Assembly (NCBI GenBank): GCA_963836185.1
Contig: CAWIIQ010000003.1
Location: 320,001 to 384,000 of the forward strand
Direction of reading: 5' to 3'
DNA: 64,000 bases
Source: Candidatus Krumholzibacteriia bacterium
GTDB taxonomy: Bacteria > Krumholzibacteriota > Krumholzibacteriia > Krumholzibacteriales > Krumholzibacteriaceae
Made by a program: the position numbers and the translations under genes
Shown here: one piece after another, positions 22,281 to 33,017 of the stretch
How the letters are laid out: every line of letters begins with the position of its first letter
Numbering within the stretch: position 1 is the first letter of the stretch
Notes under the pieces: generated by a model
Databases searched by the model: none
The model's input: the letters and a program-made list of their open reading frames with translations, nothing else
Told to the model about the DNA's origin: nothing

Positions 22281-25120
22281 CTATCTTATCAGGACCATCT
22301 TTCTCGTGATGTTCTGCTTTCCCGCCCTGAGCCTACAGAAATAGATGCCGGACGCTGTGGCACGTCCGCCGTTGCCGGTTCCGTCCCATGAAGCTTCTGT
22401 ATATCCCCTTTCCCTGTCCCCGTCGATCAGTGTCCTGACGAGCCGGCCCGCGGCGTCGAAGATCTCAAGCCTGACGGCACTGCGTTCAGGAAGGTAAAAA
22501 CGTATCGATGTCGAAGGATTGAACGGGTTGGGCGTGTTCTGAAAGAGCGTTACAGGCAGGTCGGGAACCTTCAGCAGAACAGTCTCGAACAGTGTCCGGC
22601 TGGCCGAACCGTCGGTGTATTCCACGCGGTAGCGGCATTCAGTGCCGGGAGCTGCCTTGTCATCAGTAAAACGGAAGGTCAGGTCGTCACGAAGGATCCC
22701 GGAAGAATCGAGAAACAGCGGGGTGTCGTTGTCCGCATCGATTCGTGAGACTGTAAACTCGATCCCCTCATCGAGATGCGACAGACGCCATTCTATTTCG
22801 ACGCTTTCCCCGATGACTTTCGCCGAATAATCCTGAAGCAAGGTTGCGACTTCGCTGCTGTAGTCGATCCGCAGATAATCCAGAGTCGGATTGATGCCGT
22901 TATGCTGGTAATTAAGCACAGCGCGCCATATCAGGTCCTGGCCCGGATTGGTGAGGAAGTGCCACGCCGCCGGCATCTTGTCAATAGATCTCGAGGCGGA
23001 ATAGTATTCCATCGGGACACTTTCCCAGCTGGCTCCTCCATCCGCGCTCAGTTCGAAGGATACGCTTCCGGTCCTTTCCACCTGGACGCAGACGAGGCGT
23101 ATGGTCTCATCGGTGGTATCGAGGATGATGGAACGGGCGGTATCATTGCATTCATCGAATGCGCCGATGAATGATCTGAATACGGACATTCCGCCGATCT
23201 GGTCGGCAAGAAACAGATAGTCTCCGTGTCTTGTGACATGCATCGCGGAACCCGGCGTGTCGTAGTGGTCTGCCAGGACAGGGTTCGCCGGATTGCTGAT
23301 GTCCAGCACGTACAATCCCGACAGCTGGTTGGCTACGTAGGCATAGTCACCGTCTACCTCAACATGAAAAGCCCGTTCCGTCGTATTGTAAAAGCCCAAT
23401 GGAGTCGGATTTGAAGCGTCGGAGATGTCGGCGATACGAAGTCCGCCGGTATCTCCCGCAAGAAACGCGAGATCACCCTTTACTGTGATACTGCGCACGA
23501 ACATCCCCCATTCGTAGGAGCCCTTTAAGCTGGGGGCTGAAGGATTGCTGATATCCACGATTGTCAGGTCGTCGCCGTAAGGGTCGGCGACGTAAGCGTA
23601 ATTGCCCGCGACACATACATCGTACGGACCGGTCAATCCGCCGAAAAAGCCCGTGACAGAAGGTGAGGCAGGATTGCTTACGTCGATTATGCTCAGTCCA
23701 CTGCCGTTTCCCCCGACCGTGAATAGCAGGTCTCCGGCAAGGTACATACCACTTGTTACCGGAAGGCCGGTACCCGAATGAATCTGCGACCATGCAGTCG
23801 GATCGCTGATATCCCACGTAGTTGGCGCCGTTCCGCCGTGGGCGACGAACGCGAAATCGCCCTGTACGACTGATATTGGAGGCATCAGCGGCAGCGACAG
23901 TAGACGAGACGGAGGGCTGGCGTGGATCACTTATGTCAACTACGTTTATGCCGCCCGAGTAACTTGGCACGAACGCGTAATCTCCTGCAATCGCTATCCG
24001 GTTGGGTTCACCGCCCATCGGCAGGGTCGCCACATTAAGCAGGTCGGTGCATTCCGAGACCTGTATCACGTACAGGCCGTCAGATGTTCCTACATATGCG
24101 TATGACCCTTCGATGATCACCTGGTGTGCTGAACCGCAGTCTAGACTTCCAATCCTGGCTGGCGATGTGGGATTTGATATGTCGTAGAGGATAAGGCCAT
24201 CCACCAGGCCTGCCAGGTATGCGAAGTCCCCGCTTACCGTGACGTACCGCGCGTCGATCACAGTAGGCGTGCTGGTTACTAAAGAGACATTCTCCGGGTC
24301 GCTGACATCGGCCACGACGAGTCCACCGGGATCATACGGCATGAAGGCGTAATTGCCTTCGATATCGGCCATATAGCCGGTACATGTCGAGCAGGTGTCG
24401 ACTAAAGCCATAGCTGATGGGTCGCTGATGTCGAGCGTCAACGTGCCGCGATATCCCCTGGGGACAAGTAGATAGTCGCCTGTAACAGCCGCTCCCCTGG
24501 AGTTGCCGGTATTAATGTAGTGCAATTGAGATGGATTCGCCGGATCGCTGATATCGACAGAGACCAGGATGTTAGCAAATGCGACGAAAGCATAATCGCC
24601 ATGGATCACTATCATTTGCGGATAGGCGCCGAAGATATCTGTGCTGCCGATTATCGTAGGATCTGTCGGATCGCTGATATCGATGGTGTAGAAGCAGCCG
24701 TTATTTCCCGTGACATAGGCAAGGTCGCCGTCGACAGTTGCAACAGGGTACCAGCAGGGGATCGTCACTTTTCCCAGGTAGGAAGGAGATTCCGGATCGG
24801 ATATATCGATCACTATCAGCTCATCGGAGATGCCAGATGAGATTATGACTGCGAAATCTCCGCTCACTGCAAGGGTTTTCACCGAACCTGAAGTCGCGTA
24901 GAATCCCGCAACGGAAAACTCGAACTGCCTGAGACCGAGTGTTCCGCTGACCGTATCCCACATCGCGGTGCTGTTGAGCGTGTCGCAATACACCATACTT
25001 GTGAAATCTTCCCTGTACAGGAAGTTGGTCGCCATCGCGTTCGTGTTCGAACCAGGCAAAGGAATGATCCCGAACACCAGGATTGCAGATGATACCGGCG
25101 ATTACAGTACATGCTTTCAT
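22281..25120 (-). CDS. Secreted LVIVD-repeat protein with Ig-like linker and T9SS-A/FlgD-type CTD (frameshifts near 25085 and 23880)
   Basis: AGGAG RBS and ATG at 25120; more than 12 repeats of V.GDYA(Y/F)V.....GL..(I/V)DISDP..P; C-terminal QNTPNPFNP...SGIYF..L...TRKMVLIR. Confidence 0.85.
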
Positions 25121-25350
25121 GACAACTCCTTTCTTGAAAGGCATGCGGTTGTAACGAGGTGAATCACCCATTATTAAAGTAGTGTCTGATATATGTGGTG
25201 GTTTTCCCTCTGAGTAAAAAGCCTACTCCTGAGATTTACCTTTGTCAACCGCATATAGAAGGATAGTTGTGGTGTTGTCTGGAAGGGGTTTATAGACGGC
25301 GTGCCTTGCGGGCGATCTGGGCAGATTCCTTGCCGTCGGTGAGATATCAA

Positions 25351-25427
25351 AGGGGCAGTGCAACCCGGGTAGCGCGCCTGCTTTGGGCGGCGGAAGTCGC
25401 TGGTTCGAATCCAGTCACCCCCGAACA
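25351..25427 (+). pseudogene. Degenerate full-length copy of tRNA-Pro(TGG)
   Basis: Shares an 18-bp block (TAGCGCGCCTGCTTTGGG) and a 30-bp block (GGAAGTCGCTGGTTCGAATCCAGTCACCCC; 25392-25421 vs 21006-21035) with the intact tRNA. Anticodon stem 3' strand mutated (GGCGG vs GCAGG), acceptor stem has indels, no CCA. Confidence 0.85.
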
Positions 25428-25736
25428 CTTCCGCGATGTAAATTAATTATGACATTATGTGTAAAATAGATTGTCAGTGTAAAATTATAACTACAATAGT
25501 AGCAATATGTAATATAGTCATAAATCGTAAATAAATATATATATCTATACATATAATATTGACAATAGTCTGAATTGTGCGAGATGGTGGGATTCAGTGC
25601 CGTCTCTACCCCCCTGATTAAATTGAGGCCGTGTAGTTGTCTGTAGCCTGATCAGAAAGAAGGGAGAATGTGTATGGAAAAATAAGTGAAGTTCGCTTAA
25701 GGCAGGGATGTGTCTAAAACAAGGAGGGATGAACTA

Positions 25737-28490
25737 ATGATCGATAAAAAGCATGTTCTGGGCTGTGGAATTCTCATTTGTCTAATGCTACTTATATCAT
25801 TTCAGGAGGTGAGTGCACAATGCTCGTCGCCTCCAGTTGTTAATGCTGCTTATAGAACCTTTGTTCATAATTCTGGCTATTTTAACAACTGCGTGCAGGA
25901 TTATGATTTGGATATACCTGAAAGTTCGGCCTTTAAGACTTCTTTCGCCGGCTATTTTGCGAGTGCGCAACGACCTGTAATAGGAGATTGGTTTGATTAT
26001 GATAATTCAATATGTATTCCTTTAGGTAAAGATCCGCACGGTGTTGTTGTTGAGAGATATGTGAACTGCATGTCAAGTCTTTCTGCCGATATAGTAGATA
26101 ACTCCTATTACACACTCCCCTGGGATTCATTGGTTATCTATATCACTGAACAGTATTCAAATTCGGGGCGTGTCGTGAATCTCAGTACTGGTATGAGTTA
26201 TAACCCCGGCTGGGATATGGGAGAGATAGAAGCTATTTGCGCTGCCTATGATTCCGGGCTCGTGCTGTCTGGTCCGCATCCAGTGTGGATTGATGATCCA
26301 AATTATGGAGGATTGGAAGAATATGGGGATAAAGTGCTTTTATCCATGCCCATGAATTCTATGGGAGAACTGCTTCGCTATCATCCAGATCCGGATTGGG
26401 TGAACGCATGCTACATAGGCGTGCCCACTAATTGGCAAAGTGACACTAAGGCCAATCTTGCATTGCAAGGCACCTCTGTATTATCGGGCTTGACTATGGG
26501 CTATGTGGACGAAGGAATATCAGGGTCATATACTTCTGGTCTGTTATCAGGCTCGATGCAGTATATAGCTGATGTTGTTTATGAACGCGGATACCGGAAT
26601 GGCGAATTTACACAGAAGGTGTTGGACTACGTACTTTCCTCCTGCGATCGTATTGACGATCCGGAGAGTTACGCGTTTCATGAGCACGAGATCGGAGTCT
26701 TTCTTCATTCATATGCTCCCTGGTCACCGACATGGGGATATGGAGTGTACAGCGCCTGGAAAGCCTTGGTTTATGCGTACGGTTTCGGGATACTGGAGGC
26801 GAAAGATAGTGAGCTGGATCCAGGCAATTTAAATCCCCCTACTGTATTTTCCGATCATTTCCTGCTTCGGGGAGATCTGCTTGTCCCTGCAGATCAGGCA
26901 TTTCGTGTGAGTGAACTGGCCAGTATCAACATCGATCCCGACGCTTCAACTCCTGAAGGGCCGACTGATCTGGGATTATATCCAACACTTCACGAAATCC
27001 GGGTTGCTGGGGGCATGGAGATTGTAACGAGTATCGAGAACGGTGTGAACGCCACGGTCGTAATCGATCCTAGCGGATCGTGTACTGTTGAGGATGGGGG
27101 ATTGATAACGATCGGCTCAGGACAGATTCTGCATGTGATGACTGGCGGAGAGCTGAACCTGGAACAGGGCGGTCAAATAATCGTTATGGACGGCGGCAAA
27201 GTGGTGATGAAGGGTGATTTCAACATTGCCGGTCAGTTGACTATGCTACCGGGAAGTACTCTCGAGTTGTGGGATGAAGCACAGCTCTATCTTGAGGCCG
27301 ATTTAATGATCCCAGAAAATGTTGTCTTCTCTGCAAACACATACCCGCCATACAGCTTGAGTGCTGCCGAGATCATTGTCGCTGCTGAAGATGTTTCCTC
27401 ATCAGGCGCTGATCCGGACAGGGTCGAAATCGTCTGTGAGGGCAGGATGGTATTCTGTACTAGTAATCCGCAATTCCCGATTGTCATTAAGGGGGAAGAG
27501 GCGGGATCGGATACCTGGGCCGGTATTGTTCTGGACTCGGATAACACCACTGCCAGCCTGTTTTCAGCTGTTGAGATTTCCGATGCTGTCATCGGTCTGG
27601 ATATCAGCGGCAGTAACTTTACTGTCCTGATGAATATGGACTATTCAGAATGCGGAACCGGCTTGAGATTGTTCGGCAAACTGGGATATCAGGTCCTTAT
27701 TACAGGCGGTAAAGCGACTGCTTGTACCACTGGAATCAAACTCTGGCATTCAGATGTCAATCTCACTGGAATGTGGATCAACGGCAACGAAAAGGGTGTC
27801 ATATGCAATGGCAGCAGCCCTAAAGTGCGTGACTGCCACATCTATGATAACGACATCGGTATTCATATCCTTGACGGGCTTTCTATCCCGGATCTCGGCA
27901 CGATATCTGATTCGGGCGAGAACGATTTCCATGGAACTGATCCCGCGTATCCCGGCCTTGCAAATGATATCCATATCTATGCAACGAATCCGATCAGTGA
28001 TATCTATGCACAGAACAACTGGTGGGGCACAACGGTATCGTCGTTGATAGAGGCCAGAATCACTGTTGAATATCTCCCGCCGGTTGGTACAGGAGTAGTG
28101 GTTTATGTGCCTGTTCTGACTGCACTCCAGGGAATCTTGCCGGATCCGGATGCAGGCGCGATAAAGGATGACCCGAAGCGCCCGATGCATAGTGAGGGCG
28201 ATGAGATTCCTAAAGCGAACTATCTCAGTCAGAACTACCCCAATCCGTTCAATCCGGTGACGACCATCGTATTTGGTCTGGAAAAAGCCGGGCAGGTCGA
28301 TTTGCAGATCTATGACGCCTCGGGACGGCTTGTCAAGACACTGCTCGGGGAGATGAAGTCGGCCGGACGACATGAGGAAGTCTGGAACGGAACGGACAAC
28401 CTTGGGAACCAGGTCGCGAACGGTGTCTATTTTTATCGTCTGAAGGCAGCTGATTTTATGCAGACCAGAAAGATGATTCTGCTCAGATAG
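25737..28490 (+). CDS. Large secreted protein: unrecognised N-terminal domain, beta-helix stalk and T9SS-A/FlgD-type CTD
   Basis: GGAGG RBS, signal peptide; WAGIVL, parallel beta-helix-like repeats and AQNNWWG cap; QNYPNPFNP...NGVYFYRL...TRKMILLR. Visibly lower GC than flanking housekeeping genes. Confidence 0.8.
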   Translation: MIDKKHVLGCGILICLMLLISFQEVSAQCSSPPVVNAAYRTFVHNSGYFNNCVQDYDLDIPESSAFKTSFAGYFASAQRPVIGDWFDYDNSICIPLGKDPHGVVVERYVNCMSSLSADIVDNSYYTLPWDSLVIYITEQYSNSGRVVNLSTGMSYNPGWDMGEIEAICAAYDSGLVLSGPHPVWIDDPNYGGLEEYGDKVLLSMPMNSMGELLRYHPDPDWVNACYIGVPTNWQSDTKANLALQGTSVLSGLTMGYVDEGISGSYTSGLLSGSMQYIADVVYERGYRNGEFTQKVLDYVLSSCDRIDDPESYAFHEHEIGVFLHSYAPWSPTWGYGVYSAWKALVYAYGFGILEAKDSELDPGNLNPPTVFSDHFLLRGDLLVPADQAFRVSELASINIDPDASTPEGPTDLGLYPTLHEIRVAGGMEIVTSIENGVNATVVIDPSGSCTVEDGGLITIGSGQILHVMTGGELNLEQGGQIIVMDGGKVVMKGDFNIAGQLTMLPGSTLELWDEAQLYLEADLMIPENVVFSANTYPPYSLSAAEIIVAAEDVSSSGADPDRVEIVCEGRMVFCTSNPQFPIVIKGEEAGSDTWAGIVLDSDNTTASLFSAVEISDAVIGLDISGSNFTVLMNMDYSECGTGLRLFGKLGYQVLITGGKATACTTGIKLWHSDVNLTGMWINGNEKGVICNGSSPKVRDCHIYDNDIGIHILDGLSIPDLGTISDSGENDFHGTDPAYPGLANDIHIYATNPISDIYAQNNWWGTTVSSLIEARITVEYLPPVGTGVVVYVPVLTALQGILPDPDAGAIKDDPKRPMHSEGDEIPKANYLSQNYPNPFNPVTTIVFGLEKAGQVDLQIYDASGRLVKTLLGEMKSAGRHEEVWNGTDNLGNQVANGVYFYRLKAADFMQTRKMILLR

Positions 28491-28518
28491 CTGCTTGAAT
28501 TAAAGGAGATTAAGACTG

Positions 28519-28552
28519 AAACGAGGCAGTTCCGGATGAGCTGCCTCGTTTT
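28519..28552. terminator. Bidirectional intrinsic terminator
   Basis: AAACGAGGCAGTT-CCGGATG-AGCTGCCTCGTTTT between convergent CTD genes. Confidence 0.75.
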
Positions 28553-28584
28553 GTGAGTGCCCTGATGTGTTGTGCGCAGTTTTC

Positions 28585-30867
28585 TTATCTCAGCAATACC
28601 ATCTTTCTTGATAAAGTTTCCTTGCCCATGGTCAGCCTGTAGAAGTATGTGCCTGAGCTCATGGCTTTGCCGCGTCCGTCGAGGCCGTCCCATCCGATTG
28701 AATGGTGTCCCTGGTCCTGGGCCTCATCTGCCAGGCGGGCGACAAGTCTCCCCGAAACATCAAAGATATTCAGAGTGACCCTGCCATCGGCAGGCAGGAA
28801 GTAAGTGATGCTGGTCGATGGGTTGAACGGGTTGGGATAGTTCTGGTTCAACGTGAGGGGGAGTCTCGGTACATTGATTGGATCTGTCTCGAAGAGTATC
28901 TGTTCGCCGGTCTCGTCGAGGACGGACACGCGATACCTGTACGATTCCCCGGGAACAATCCGATTGTCTACAAACGAAAAAGAACTCCCATCTCCCGCAA
29001 TCGGCGGATCGGGGATGTCGGCGTACTGCCAGGCAGGGCCCTTTGCTCTTTGCAGAGTGAAAGCGTTCGATTCCCTGTAGCCTGAGACCGACCAGGTGAC
29101 GGTTGCCGCAGACCGCCCGATTGATACCGAATGGTCCAGGAGAAGAGTCGCTACATAGTCGCAGCCGACTCCAAGAGCCCCGATCAGGCCGCAGCTGTTG
29201 TCGTACGGATGATTCCCCGCGCTGCAGGGCGACAGTACATGAAGGTAATACTCATCCTCTGACGGGCAGAAGAGGGGATTGGCCGAGAAATTTCCATTGA
29301 TGCCGGTCTGGTCGGGGATGCCGACGTACTCAATGTCTCCGTTGTTGAACAGGTCGCAGCAGGAAACGGTGATGTCTGGAGATTCTGTGTAGATTCCGCC
29401 GCCGCCTAGTTCAGGAGCTCCTTGTGTGTTGTTTGCGATTATGCAGTTCTTAATGGAAGCGTTCGATCCGGATGGGCACCTTATTGCTGCGAATCCGATG
29501 TTGTTAACAATAGTATTCTGCTCTATGACTGGGGCTTCTCGAGTGCAATATATTCCCCCTGTGTAGTACCCGAAGCCATTGTTTTCCTCAATAACGTTAT
29601 TAATAATCCTGGGTGATCCTGATCTACAACTGATACCAGCTGCATCGGCCCCTACTCCTGCGAAATTCTGTTTAATATGGTTGCCGGATATCAGAATTGA
29701 TGAGTAGCATACAATGCCGCCGCTCCAATTCCCTATAATCAGGTTGTCAGTGATAGCTGAAGTCGAAACGCCATTGTAATAGATCCCGCCCGTATAATCG
29801 TCTGAATTGTTGTTGCTTATAACATTGTTGCTTATTGAAGAGTGCAGCGAACTGTTCAACGCGATGCCGCCTGGCAATTGGGATGAGCCATCATTGTGAT
29901 GGATGTTGTTGCCATCGATGTCTGTTTCACAGTCCCAGCAGTAAATTCCGCAAGAGGAGTTGTTCCCGATTTCATTGTTATGAATCTCAAGATTGCTGTA
30001 GTCGGCAGTAATCCCTCCGCCGTTATTGGTGATTATATTGTCTTCGATCAATACTGATGATTCCACGACCCAGAGGCCGCCTCCCAGTGTTGCGCCGGGG
30101 GCAGAAATGGTGGAGGGGGATGCTGTCGGGAGGGCGGAATCGCTCCTGTTTTGCTTATAATCAGAAGCCGAATAGTTATATCTAATATCGTTTCCCGATA
30201 TGTAAGCATCGCTGCATGTCCAGAGCAGGATCCCACCGCCACCGCCCATGTGACAATCGTTGGAGTACAATGTGTTGTTCTCTATCCTCGGGGATCCATC
30301 GCGGCAGTATATGCCTCCTCCATCACTTACAACGTAACATTGGGAGATCTGGTTATTATTGATAACGGGGGAACATGAGAAACTCGCGATTCCGCCTCCC
30401 TTTATTGCGGCACAACGCGAAATGACATTGAACTGGATCGTCGGGGATGAAGATTCACACAGGATCGCGCCTCCGTCATCCCAACCTACACTTGCTGCCC
30501 CGCCGTTGATTATCTCGAAGCCCTCGAGTATGGAGGATTCCGTCTCTCCTGAATGGAAATGAAAGCCTCGGTGCGTAGAAATATCCTCGCAGTCAATGAT
30601 GGTGGCATCTGTGACAAGCGCGTCGAACCTGCTCATAGACATCACGACGATCGGCTTACCTTTGAAGTCGAGATCCCAGTTCCCGTCGCCCCTGTAGGTG
30701 CCGGGCGCGGCGAGCACCGTGTCCCCGGCGGCGCAGGAATCTATCCCCGCCTGAATATTGATGACCGAGCCGGTACTGTCGGGCATGACCTGCCAGATCC
30801 TGGCAGCAGGATCGCCCGAAAATATCACCAGGAAGGTGGTGACTGATAACAAGAAGATGCCCCTCAT
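28585..30867 (-). CDS. Secreted right-handed parallel beta-helix repeat protein with Ig-like linker and T9SS-A/FlgD-type CTD
   Basis: Signal peptide; IQAGID...GDTVLAAPGTY, many GGGIYC..SSP.I.NN.I..N repeats, NFSANPLFC...SPC; QNYPNPFNP...SRKMVLLR. Confidence 0.88.
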   Translation of the reverse strand: MRGIFLLSVTTFLVIFSGDPAARIWQVMPDSTGSVINIQAGIDSCAAGDTVLAAPGTYRGDGNWDLDFKGKPIVVMSMSRFDALVTDATIIDCEDISTHRGFHFHSGETESSILEGFEIINGGAASVGWDDGGAILCESSSPTIQFNVISRCAAIKGGGIASFSCSPVINNNQISQCYVVSDGGGIYCRDGSPRIENNTLYSNDCHMGGGGGILLWTCSDAYISGNDIRYNYSASDYKQNRSDSALPTASPSTISAPGATLGGGLWVVESSVLIEDNIITNNGGGITADYSNLEIHNNEIGNNSSCGIYCWDCETDIDGNNIHHNDGSSQLPGGIALNSSLHSSISNNVISNNNSDDYTGGIYYNGVSTSAITDNLIIGNWSGGIVCYSSILISGNHIKQNFAGVGADAAGISCRSGSPRIINNVIEENNGFGYYTGGIYCTREAPVIEQNTIVNNIGFAAIRCPSGSNASIKNCIIANNTQGAPELGGGGIYTESPDITVSCCDLFNNGDIEYVGIPDQTGINGNFSANPLFCPSEDEYYLHVLSPCSAGNHPYDNSCGLIGALGVGCDYVATLLLDHSVSIGRSAATVTWSVSGYRESNAFTLQRAKGPAWQYADIPDPPIAGDGSSFSFVDNRIVPGESYRYRVSVLDETGEQILFETDPINVPRLPLTLNQNYPNPFNPSTSITYFLPADGRVTLNIFDVSGRLVARLADEAQDQGHHSIGWDGLDGRGKAMSSGTYFYRLTMGKETLSRKMVLLR

Positions 30868-31146
30868 CGATTTGCCCTCCGGCCGGACTGTGTTTTAGTT
30901 TTTTAGTACGGATGTACTGCCCCTCTACTCTATAAGAACGTTTCGTGCCATCGTTCCTGAGCTTTGAGTGTGGAATTGTAACGCAATTCAAGGTATCGGG
31001 TTATGCGGTTCGTTCTCTCAGGGCTCCCCGCCATTTGTGTCGATTCCTGCGGGCTATTACCCAGCATGAAGAGAGGCAGTGGGAAGTATCGCTCATCGTT
31101 TGCTGCAGGGGTGGTGCCTGATTCGGCTGTTTCCGTCTCCGGCCGC

Positions 31147-31200
31147 TTGACACGGGAGGCTCCCTGATATATATTATGGAATAACAGTACTATTATTCCA
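31147..31200 (+). promoter_or_regulatory. Sigma70 promoter with an adjacent 24-bp palindromic operator (candidate Rrf2 site)
   Basis: TTGACA (31147-52), 17 bp, TATATT (31170-75), then TGGAATAA-C-AGTACT-A-TTATTCCA (31177-31200; 22/24 self-complementary). Confidence 0.75.
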
Positions 31201-31223
31201 ATTATGTTTACAGGGAGGCTCGG

Positions 31224-31655
31224 ATGAAAGGCATTCTCAAGTTATCAGAGGCGGCTTCGATGGGGTATCACGCCCTCGCCGTCCTTGCGGGCAATCCGGA
31301 CAAGTACCTTACTGCCGGGGAGATATCAAGGATGATCTCCGGCTCGGAGGCGCATCTCGCAAAGGTGATGCGAAGGCTCGTCCGCGCGAGGCTTGTCTCT
31401 TCGACCAGGGGGCCCGGCGGAGGATTCAAGATCGCGAAACCTGCAGCCGAGATATCTCTGCTCGATATCTACGAAGCTATCGAGGGCAAGTTCGAGACGG
31501 CCGACTGCATGATGGACTCACCGTGCTGCGTCGAGAACGAGTGCATCATGGGCTCAATGATCAGGTCGGTCAACCTCGAGGTCTTCGAGTACTTCAGGTC
31601 GAGAAAGCTCTCCGACTTCGCCGAATCGTGCCAGCTGGGCAAGGAAGCCTGCTGA
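31224..31655 (+). CDS. Rrf2 family transcriptional regulator, Cys-rich
   Basis: HLAKV..L...LV.S.RGPGGGF, ISLLDIYEAIEG; C-x5-CC-x4-C cluster plus two C-terminal Cys. Confidence 0.92.
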   Translation: MKGILKLSEAASMGYHALAVLAGNPDKYLTAGEISRMISGSEAHLAKVMRRLVRARLVSSTRGPGGGFKIAKPAAEISLLDIYEAIEGKFETADCMMDSPCCVENECIMGSMIRSVNLEVFEYFRSRKLSDFAESCQLGKEAC

Positions 31656-31656
31656 G

Positions 31657-33006
31657 GTGACCCGTTACACCTCAATAACCTCGTGGGCCCTGGTGTCCAT
31701 AGCGGTCCTCGTGATCTCATCGGCGGCATTTGCCGCCGCCGGGACCGATGAGCAGAAGAAGCTCGCCGAGGATGCCGGTGGTGAGTTCGCCGGAGAGGCG
31801 GTCCTCGCGGGCGATCCGTCACTTGAGGATTACCTTGCCTATGCCGCCCAGAAGAATCCCGGCCTCAGGGCCGCTTACTACGGATGGACGAGCAGGCTAG
31901 AGCGTGTCCCGTCAGTATCGAGCCTTCCCGAACCTGTTTTCTCCTACATGTATTACGTCGAGAGTGTCGAGACGAGGGTAGGCCCGCAGAGGCAGAAGTT
32001 CAGCCTGAGGCAGTCCTTCCCCTGGTTCGGGACGCTCGGCGCCCGCGAATCGGTGGCCGAACAGGAAGCCTGGGCCGCCTACCGCCTCTTCCAGGCGGAG
32101 AAGCTGAAGCTCGCCTACCAGGTGAGGAAGGCTTACAGCGAGTATTATCTCCTCGGCCGGCGCATTGAGATCGCGCGCTCGACGCTCGAGCTTCTCGACG
32201 GCTGGGAGTCGATCAGCCGGACGAGGTTCGAGACGGGGCAGAGCGGGCGAAGCGACATCGTGAGGATAGAGATCGAGATCGCACGGGTTACCGACGCTCT
32301 GCGCGCCCTCGAGGATTCGAGGGAATCCGCCGCGGAAGATATGAGAAATGCGCTTGGAGCGCCGGAAGGGACCGAGGTCCCTTTCCCCGGCGTCATGCCC
32401 GAACCTGCCGCTATCGAGCCTGACACGGTGATGGCAGCGGTCCTGATCAACAATCCGTCAATACTGGCGATCGACCATATGATCATGCGCGAGGAGAACG
32501 CGCTCAGGCTCGCGGGAAAGTCTGCATGGCCCGACTTCTCCCTCGGTCTGGATTATATAGACACCGGCCCGGCCCTCGATCCGGAGATGCCGGACAGCGG
32601 CAAGGATCCATGGATGGTAAGCCTCAGCGTGAAGCTCCCGATATGGTTCGGCAAAAACAGCGCGATGAAAGATGAGGCGAGGGCGAAGATAGAGATGAAC
32701 AGGTACGAGAAGAAGGATACGGAGGATGACCTGCGGGCACGGGTGGAGAAGGTCCTCGCTGAGCACAGGGACGCCTCCTCGAAGACGGAGCTCTTCGCGG
32801 GCACGCTGATCCCGAAAGCCGAGGAATCGCTCGCCGTGACACTTATTGAATATGAAGGAGGGGACGCCGATTTCCTGCATGTGCTCGACGCGCAGCGGCT
32901 TCTCCTCGATCTCAGGCTGGAGATGGAGGAGGCGCTGGTCAAACGGGAGATCAGGGCCGCCGAACTCGAGATGCTTGCCGCAATGACATTCCGGCATGAC
33001 AACTGA
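31657..33006 (+). CDS. TolC-family outer membrane efflux protein (CusC role)
   Basis: Signal peptide; NPGLRAA, LPEP, QSFPWFG, LPIW and DFLHVLDAQR OEP motifs. Confidence 0.88.
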   Translation: MTRYTSITSWALVSIAVLVISSAAFAAAGTDEQKKLAEDAGGEFAGEAVLAGDPSLEDYLAYAAQKNPGLRAAYYGWTSRLERVPSVSSLPEPVFSYMYYVESVETRVGPQRQKFSLRQSFPWFGTLGARESVAEQEAWAAYRLFQAEKLKLAYQVRKAYSEYYLLGRRIEIARSTLELLDGWESISRTRFETGQSGRSDIVRIEIEIARVTDALRALEDSRESAAEDMRNALGAPEGTEVPFPGVMPEPAAIEPDTVMAAVLINNPSILAIDHMIMREENALRLAGKSAWPDFSLGLDYIDTGPALDPEMPDSGKDPWMVSLSVKLPIWFGKNSAMKDEARAKIEMNRYEKKDTEDDLRARVEKVLAEHRDASSKTELFAGTLIPKAEESLAVTLIEYEGGDADFLHVLDAQRLLLDLRLEMEEALVKREIRAAELEMLAAMTFRHDN

Positions 33007-33017
33007 AGGAGGACGAG

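Noticed and set aside
25436-25565. AT-rich tract with TGTAAA(A)T words as a replication origin or integrase arm sites
   Set aside because: Spacing is irregular, no DnaA boxes were recognised and no rep or integrase gene is present; it is adequately explained as the divergent promoter region of foreign genes.
26676-26710. HEHEIGVFLH as a zinc metalloprotease motif in the 926-aa protein
   Set aside because: It does not fit HExxH spacing, so no protease call was made.
21055-31142. 10-bp direct repeat CCGTCTCCGG near both ends of the tRNA-Pro island as an att or target-site duplication
   Set aside because: It is short and GC-rich, and near-identical words occur elsewhere in the window (about 8652, 14105, 57792, 61754), so chance is sufficient.
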